Below, in pieces: positions 60,043-64,000 of a stretch of 64,000 bases of DNA. The stretch lies in contig JAENWR010000005.1 of the NCBI GenBank assembly GCA_016649895.1, positions 1 to 64,000 of the forward strand, written 5' to 3'. A model generated the notes under the pieces. That model saw nothing but the letters and a program-made list of their open reading frames with translations, was not told where the DNA came from and searched no databases. The DNA is from Acidimicrobiia bacterium. GTDB lineage: Bacteria > Actinomycetota > Acidimicrobiia > Acidimicrobiales > SKKL01. Each line of letters begins with the position of its first letter. Position 1 is the stretch's first letter. The translations under genes were made by a program, and so were the position numbers.

Positions 60043-60771
60043 ATGCGATCGGGACGACAACTTCGGACCAGGGGGTGCCCCGCTCTGTTCGTCGCGTCCG
60101 TGCTGCTCATCCTCGGTGCGTGCGGCAGCGAGGGGCGGCCGGAGTACGCACGTGAGACGTATGTGGCGGCGATGGTGGCCGAGGTCCCCGACGATCCCGC
60201 CATGCACTGCCTAGCGCCGACGCTGGTCGATGCGTTCGGTGCCGAGGAGCTGTCGCTCGCTGGCATCACACCGACCGCCTTCGCCGCCGCGGAGCGACTC
60301 GGCGGCCTCGTTGTCGAGCCCGCGGAGGGCAGCGTCGGGCGCCTCGAGGAGGCCCTGGGTGAATGCATCGACCTCGAGGCACAGCTGGAGCAGGAGCTGC
60401 CCGACGAGCTGGCGTCGGTGCAGTGCATCCAGAAGGCGCTCGACGTCGACCGGTTCGCCGAGTCGACAGCCGAGTCGATGCTGCTGACGCGCTTCGAGGC
60501 GCTCGACATGAAGTTCGCCGCCGTGTTGTTCGCCGACGCCTCCCCCGCCTGTGTGGAGGAAGCCCTGCTCACCCGCGCCACCGAGACCGGTCAGGTCAAC
60601 GAGGAAGAGGCCCAGTGCCTTGGCGCTCACATGGACGACTCGACCACGAAGGACTACTTCGTGGAGATCATGGCCGACCGGCCGGCCGACGAGAGCGACG
60701 CCCTCGACCTGGTGGCCGCCGTGCTCGCATGCGGCATGCCGATGGACACGTCGCTCGTCGACCAGGAGTGA
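60043..60771 (+). CDS. Putative lipoprotein
   Basis: Signal peptide with lipobox LILGAC. Paired cysteines. Confidence 0.45.
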   Translation: MRSGRQLRTRGCPALFVASVLLILGACGSEGRPEYARETYVAAMVAEVPDDPAMHCLAPTLVDAFGAEELSLAGITPTAFAAAERLGGLVVEPAEGSVGRLEEALGECIDLEAQLEQELPDELASVQCIQKALDVDRFAESTAESMLLTRFEALDMKFAAVLFADASPACVEEALLTRATETGQVNEEEAQCLGAHMDDSTTKDYFVEIMADRPADESDALDLVAAVLACGMPMDTSLVDQE

Positions 60772-60774
60772 GGG

Positions 60775-63156
60775 TCAGACCCCCTTCGCCATGTTGGCGA
60801 AGCGGGTGTAGTGGTCGAGGAACGCGAGCCGCGTGATGCCGGTGGGACCGTTGCGGTGCTTCGACACGATGATCTCGGCGGTGCCCCGATCGGCCGAGTC
60901 GGCGTTGTAGATCTCGTCGCGGTACAGGAACATCACCACGTCGGCGTCCTGCTCGATCGAGCCGGACTCGCGCAGGTCGGCCAGCACCGGCCGCTTGTCC
61001 TGGCGCATCTCGAGGCCGCGCGACAGCTGCGAGAGCGCCACCACCGGCGTCTCGAGCTCGCGGGCCAGGATCTTGAGGCCGCGGCTGATCTCGGATACCT
61101 CGACCTGGCGGTTCTCGGCCGATCCTCGACCGGTCATGAGCTGCAGGTAGTCGACGACCACGAGACCGAGGTCGCCGACCCGGCTCTTGAGGCGGCGGGC
61201 CTTCGACCGCATCTCCATGACCGTGACGTTGGGGTTGTCGTCGATCCACAGCGGTGCCTCGGCGAGTCGGCCGGTGGCGTGGGCGATCTTGTTCCAGTCG
61301 GCTTCGACGAGCTTGCCGTTGCGCACCCGTGAGGAGTCGACCCGAGCCTCGGAGCAGACGATGCGCTGGGTGAGCTCGAGGCGACTCATCTCGAGCCCGA
61401 AGAACAACACCGGCTTCTGGCTCTCGAGCGCGGCGTGGGTGGCCATGCCGAGGGCGAAGGCGGTGTTGTGGGTGGGGATGAGCGACTCGCCTGCCAGGTA
61501 GAGGTGCGACGGTGCATCGACGGTGATGCAGCCGACGGGAACGGTGCTCGCCGGGAGGATGGCGACGATGGCGCGGACGCCGTCGGCGCCAGGTGCGTGG
61601 TCGGAGGCGGCGCCAACCGACGCCGCCTTGCGCCCGACCCGGAACGGCAGCTCGTTCGGTTGCCACCGGAACGACCATGCCTCGCGCTCGTCGCCGTCGG
61701 CCATCGAGTCGATGTGGGGCCGGATCGGCCCCGGCCGGCCGCCGAGGGAGCAGACGAGCTCACGCACCTGGCAGAGCACCTCGAGGTGGGCGAGCGCGAT
61801 CTCGACATCGGCGCCGCGATCGCCGTCGGCCACGTCGACGATCCGGCCATCGGTGTCCATGAAGCCCTGCAGCAGCGCCAACCGCTGCTTGTGGGAACTG
61901 CGGAGGTACTGAACCGGAACGAGGGGCGGAGATCCTCCGAGGAGCCCGAGGCGCTGCAACTCGCGGGCGAGGACCCGACCGCCGGTGCCATACCCAGCCA
62001 GCTCGAACTCGGCGCGGAAGTGGGCGGTGTCGTGGGCGCCGGTGAGGTCGTGAGGGGTGGTGCCGCACCCGCCCGCCAGCCAGCACCCGAGCACGTAGGG
62101 GTCGACCGCCAGCTCCGCCTCGGGCAGATCGAGGGCATCGGCGACCGGAACGCTCCAGCGCGCCGAGCCGGCGAGCTCCACTCCCCCATCGAGCAGGTGC
62201 TGGGTGGTGCGCACCACGAGGTGCCCGGCCGGATCGTCAGGGGCAGCGTGGTCGATGACGGCCCACTGGTGCTCGGCGTCGGCCACCAGCGCAGACCCGT
62301 CGTCGAACACCACCTCGTAGCAGGTGCGGTCCTCGTAGATCGGTGATCGGTAGGTGACGGTGGCGGGCTGGCCCCGCTCATCGAGCACGTGGCTGCCAAC
62401 CCGCAGGTCGGCCATGGTGGTCCACCCCGACGGCGTGGGGATGGGTGTGTCGAGGGCGAGGGCCTTCCCCATGGCCGGACGAGCGCCGATGACGTAGAGG
62501 GCGTTGGGCTGCAGACCGGAGAGGAGCTCGTCGAGGTCGTGGTAGCCGGTGGGCACGCCGGTGATGGACTCGCCCCGCTCGTAGAGGGCCTCGAGTCGGT
62601 CGAGGTTGTCGGCGAGGAGCTCACGTATGGGTGCCATCGAATCGGTGACCCGCCGTTGGGCGACGTCGAACACGAGCTGCTCGGCGTGGTCGATGACCTT
62701 GGTGACGTCGTCGGGGATGTCGTAGCCCAGCTCGGCGATGTCGCCGGCCACACCGATGAGCCGGCGCAGGAGTGCGTGCTCTTCGATGATGCGGGCATAG
62801 CGCCCGGCGTTGGAGATGGCCGGGGTGGCCGCCTGCATCGAGACGAGCTTGGCCGGACCGCCGATGGCATCGAGCAGATCGGCCCGCTGCAGCTCGGCCG
62901 AGACCGTCACCGGGTCGACTGGCTCTCCCGCCGAGAACAACGAGGTGATGGCGTCGAAGATGTGGCCGTGCGACGGCTTGTAGAAGTCGTCGACACGCAC
63001 GACCTCGACCGCATCGGCGATCGCCTCGCGCGAGAGGAGCATCGCTCCGAGGAGCGACTCCTCGACGTCGAGGTTGTGCGGGGGGGTCCGGGCGCCGGAG
63101 CGGCGCGGGGAGAGCTCGTCTGCGGGAAGCGCCATGAGATGGCCATCCTGAGGCAC
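60775..63156 (-). CDS. dnaB: Replicative DNA helicase DnaB interrupted by a 333-aa intein
   Basis: N-extein ends GARPAMGK (Walker A). C-extein resumes TAFALGMATHAAL...; RecA-like motifs follow. The intein spans ALALDT...SLIPTHN. Confidence 0.9.
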   Translation of the reverse strand: MPQDGHLMALPADELSPRRSGARTPPHNLDVEESLLGAMLLSREAIADAVEVVRVDDFYKPSHGHIFDAITSLFSAGEPVDPVTVSAELQRADLLDAIGGPAKLVSMQAATPAISNAGRYARIIEEHALLRRLIGVAGDIAELGYDIPDDVTKVIDHAEQLVFDVAQRRVTDSMAPIRELLADNLDRLEALYERGESITGVPTGYHDLDELLSGLQPNALYVIGARPAMGKALALDTPIPTPSGWTTMADLRVGSHVLDERGQPATVTYRSPIYEDRTCYEVVFDDGSALVADAEHQWAVIDHAAPDDPAGHLVVRTTQHLLDGGVELAGSARWSVPVADALDLPEAELAVDPYVLGCWLAGGCGTTPHDLTGAHDTAHFRAEFELAGYGTGGRVLARELQRLGLLGGSPPLVPVQYLRSSHKQRLALLQGFMDTDGRIVDVADGDRGADVEIALAHLEVLCQVRELVCSLGGRPGPIRPHIDSMADGDEREAWSFRWQPNELPFRVGRKAASVGAASDHAPGADGVRAIVAILPASTVPVGCITVDAPSHLYLAGESLIPTHNTAFALGMATHAALESQKPVLFFGLEMSRLELTQRIVCSEARVDSSRVRNGKLVEADWNKIAHATGRLAEAPLWIDDNPNVTVMEMRSKARRLKSRVGDLGLVVVDYLQLMTGRGSAENRQVEVSEISRGLKILARELETPVVALSQLSRGLEMRQDKRPVLADLRESGSIEQDADVVMFLYRDEIYNADSADRGTAEIIVSKHRNGPTGITRLAFLDHYTRFANMAKGV
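61465..62463 (-). mobile_element. DnaB intein (class-3-like: Ala1, Trp-Cys-Thr triad) with LAGLIDADG homing-endonuclease motifs
   Basis: The first residue is Ala. Block B has H-Q-W (Trp at B:12). Block F has VPVGCITVD (Cys). Block G is IPTHN then +1 Thr. LAGLIDADG-like motifs LGCWLAGGCG and LLQGFMDTDGRI. Confidence 0.75.
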
Positions 63157-63398
63157 GGGGGCTGTGGATCGCTAGAGCCGACAGCCGGTGGACGACGACG
63201 GCGAAGCTGTGGACGAACCCCCCACTGTTGTGGACGACCGAGCCAGAGCGGAGGATGCCGCCGGGGCCCGCCCGTGTGGGGGCGCGCGGGGTGAGGGGAA
63301 GGTGCCCACGGCGCTAGGGAGGACGGCGCCGCTTCTGTGGGGGGAGGGGCGTGCGGGACCGGGCGACGCGATGCCGACCCGATCCCGCGGAGCCGCTG

Positions 63399-63845
63399 CT
63401 ACAGCGGCACGACCTCGATGGTGATGGGGAACTCGACCTCGGCGTGGAGCTTGGCCGGCACGCTGTGGGTGCCGGTGGTCTTGATGGGCTCCTCGAGGTG
63501 CAGCTGACGACGCTCGATCTCGATGCCGGTCTGGGCGGTGATGGCGTCGGCGACGTCGGCACTGGTGACCGACCCGAACAGCTTGCCCTCGCCCCCGGCC
63601 TTGGCCGAGATGGTGATGACCGTCGGCACCAGGGTGCTGGCGATCTCCTGGGCCGCGCTGCGCAGCGCCGAGTCCTTCACGTCACGGGAGCGACGCATGG
63701 CGCCAGCCTGCTTCTCGGCCCTGGGGCTCGACACGAACGCCAGCCCCTTGGGGATGAGGAAGTTGCGGCCGTAGCCGTCGGCGACCTCGACGATGTCGCC
63801 CTTCTTGCCGAGGCGCTCGATGTCGGAACGCAGGATCAGCTTCAT
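63399..63845 (-). CDS. rplI: 50S ribosomal protein L9
   Basis: MKLILRSDIERLGKKGDIVEVADGYGRNFLIPKGLA is the canonical L9 N-terminus. Confidence 0.9.
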   Translation of the reverse strand: MKLILRSDIERLGKKGDIVEVADGYGRNFLIPKGLAFVSSPRAEKQAGAMRRSRDVKDSALRSAAQEIASTLVPTVITISAKAGGEGKLFGSVTSADVADAITAQTGIEIERRQLHLEEPIKTTGTHSVPAKLHAEVEFPITIEVVPL

Positions 63846-64000
63846 TCCTGCTCACCACCCGTGGTCTCGAGCTGGAGCTCCTCGGTGCCCTCCTCGACAT
63901 CGCCAGTGGTGGGCGGCGGTGCGGTGGGGCGCGGCGGCGGCCCATCGGCCCGACCACCACGCTCGCCACGCTCGCCTCGGCCGCCCCTCTGGGTGGTGAC
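63842..64000 (-). CDS. Partial CDS (3' end) upstream of rplI with Gly/Arg/Pro-rich tail, identity unclear (rpsR or ssb-like position)
   Basis: Frame ending in ATGA overlap with the rplI start. The tail ...RGGRGERGERGGRADGPPPRP...EELQLETTGGEQE* does not match a typical S18 or SSB C-terminus. Confidence 0.25.
   Translation of the reverse strand, partial: VTTQRGGRGERGERGGRADGPPPRPTAPPPTTGDVEEGTEELQLETTGGEQE

Noticed and set aside
63842-64000. Assigning the partial gene upstream of rplI as rpsR or ssb
   Set aside because: The translated tail (Gly/Arg/Pro-rich, ending EELQLETTGGEQE) matches neither the typical S18 C-terminus nor the SSB DDEPPF tip. Too little sequence is available.

Overview
High-GC (about 70%) actinobacterial-type chromosomal segment. 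It contains conserved housekeeping loci: hisE-hisG, inositol-3-phosphate synthase, rplI-dnaB, maf-psuK-psuG, gntK, manA, a Mur-ligase paralog, an LmbE-like deacetylase, and several ABC transporters. The first ~9 kb is an accessory patch built almost entirely of toxin-antitoxin-like modules: a tricistronic RHH-unknown-PIN operon, AbiEi/AbiEii, HTH-PIN, an HTH-like/nucleotidyltransferase pair and Fic. These are separated by three direct copies of a ~42-bp tRNA 3'-end-like sequence (anticodon loop to acceptor 3' strand) that look like reiterated integration (att) scars. More TA-like or mobile remnants occur later: HepT/MntA, a solo AbiEi-like gene coupled to a VOC gene, an integrase N-terminal remnant next to a Gp49(HigB)-like/XRE pair, and an XRE remnant. 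The DnaB gene carries a ~333-aa intein with class-3 hallmarks (Ala1, Trp/Cys/Thr triad) and LAGLIDADG motifs, inserted in the P-loop. A Mur-ligase paralog is translationally coupled to a ~455-aa unknown protein, which is the MurD2/MurL gene architecture. At least four otherwise intact genes (AbiEii, SDR, sensor kinase, DUF4097) are split by 1-nt frameshifts that lie at G/C homopolymer runs, so assembly error is a strong alternative to true pseudogenes. No rRNA, intact tRNA or CRISPR array was found. All domain calls rest on motif recognition by eye, not on database searches. Coordinates derived by counting within sequence lines may be off by 1-2 nt; ORF-track coordinates were used wherever possible.
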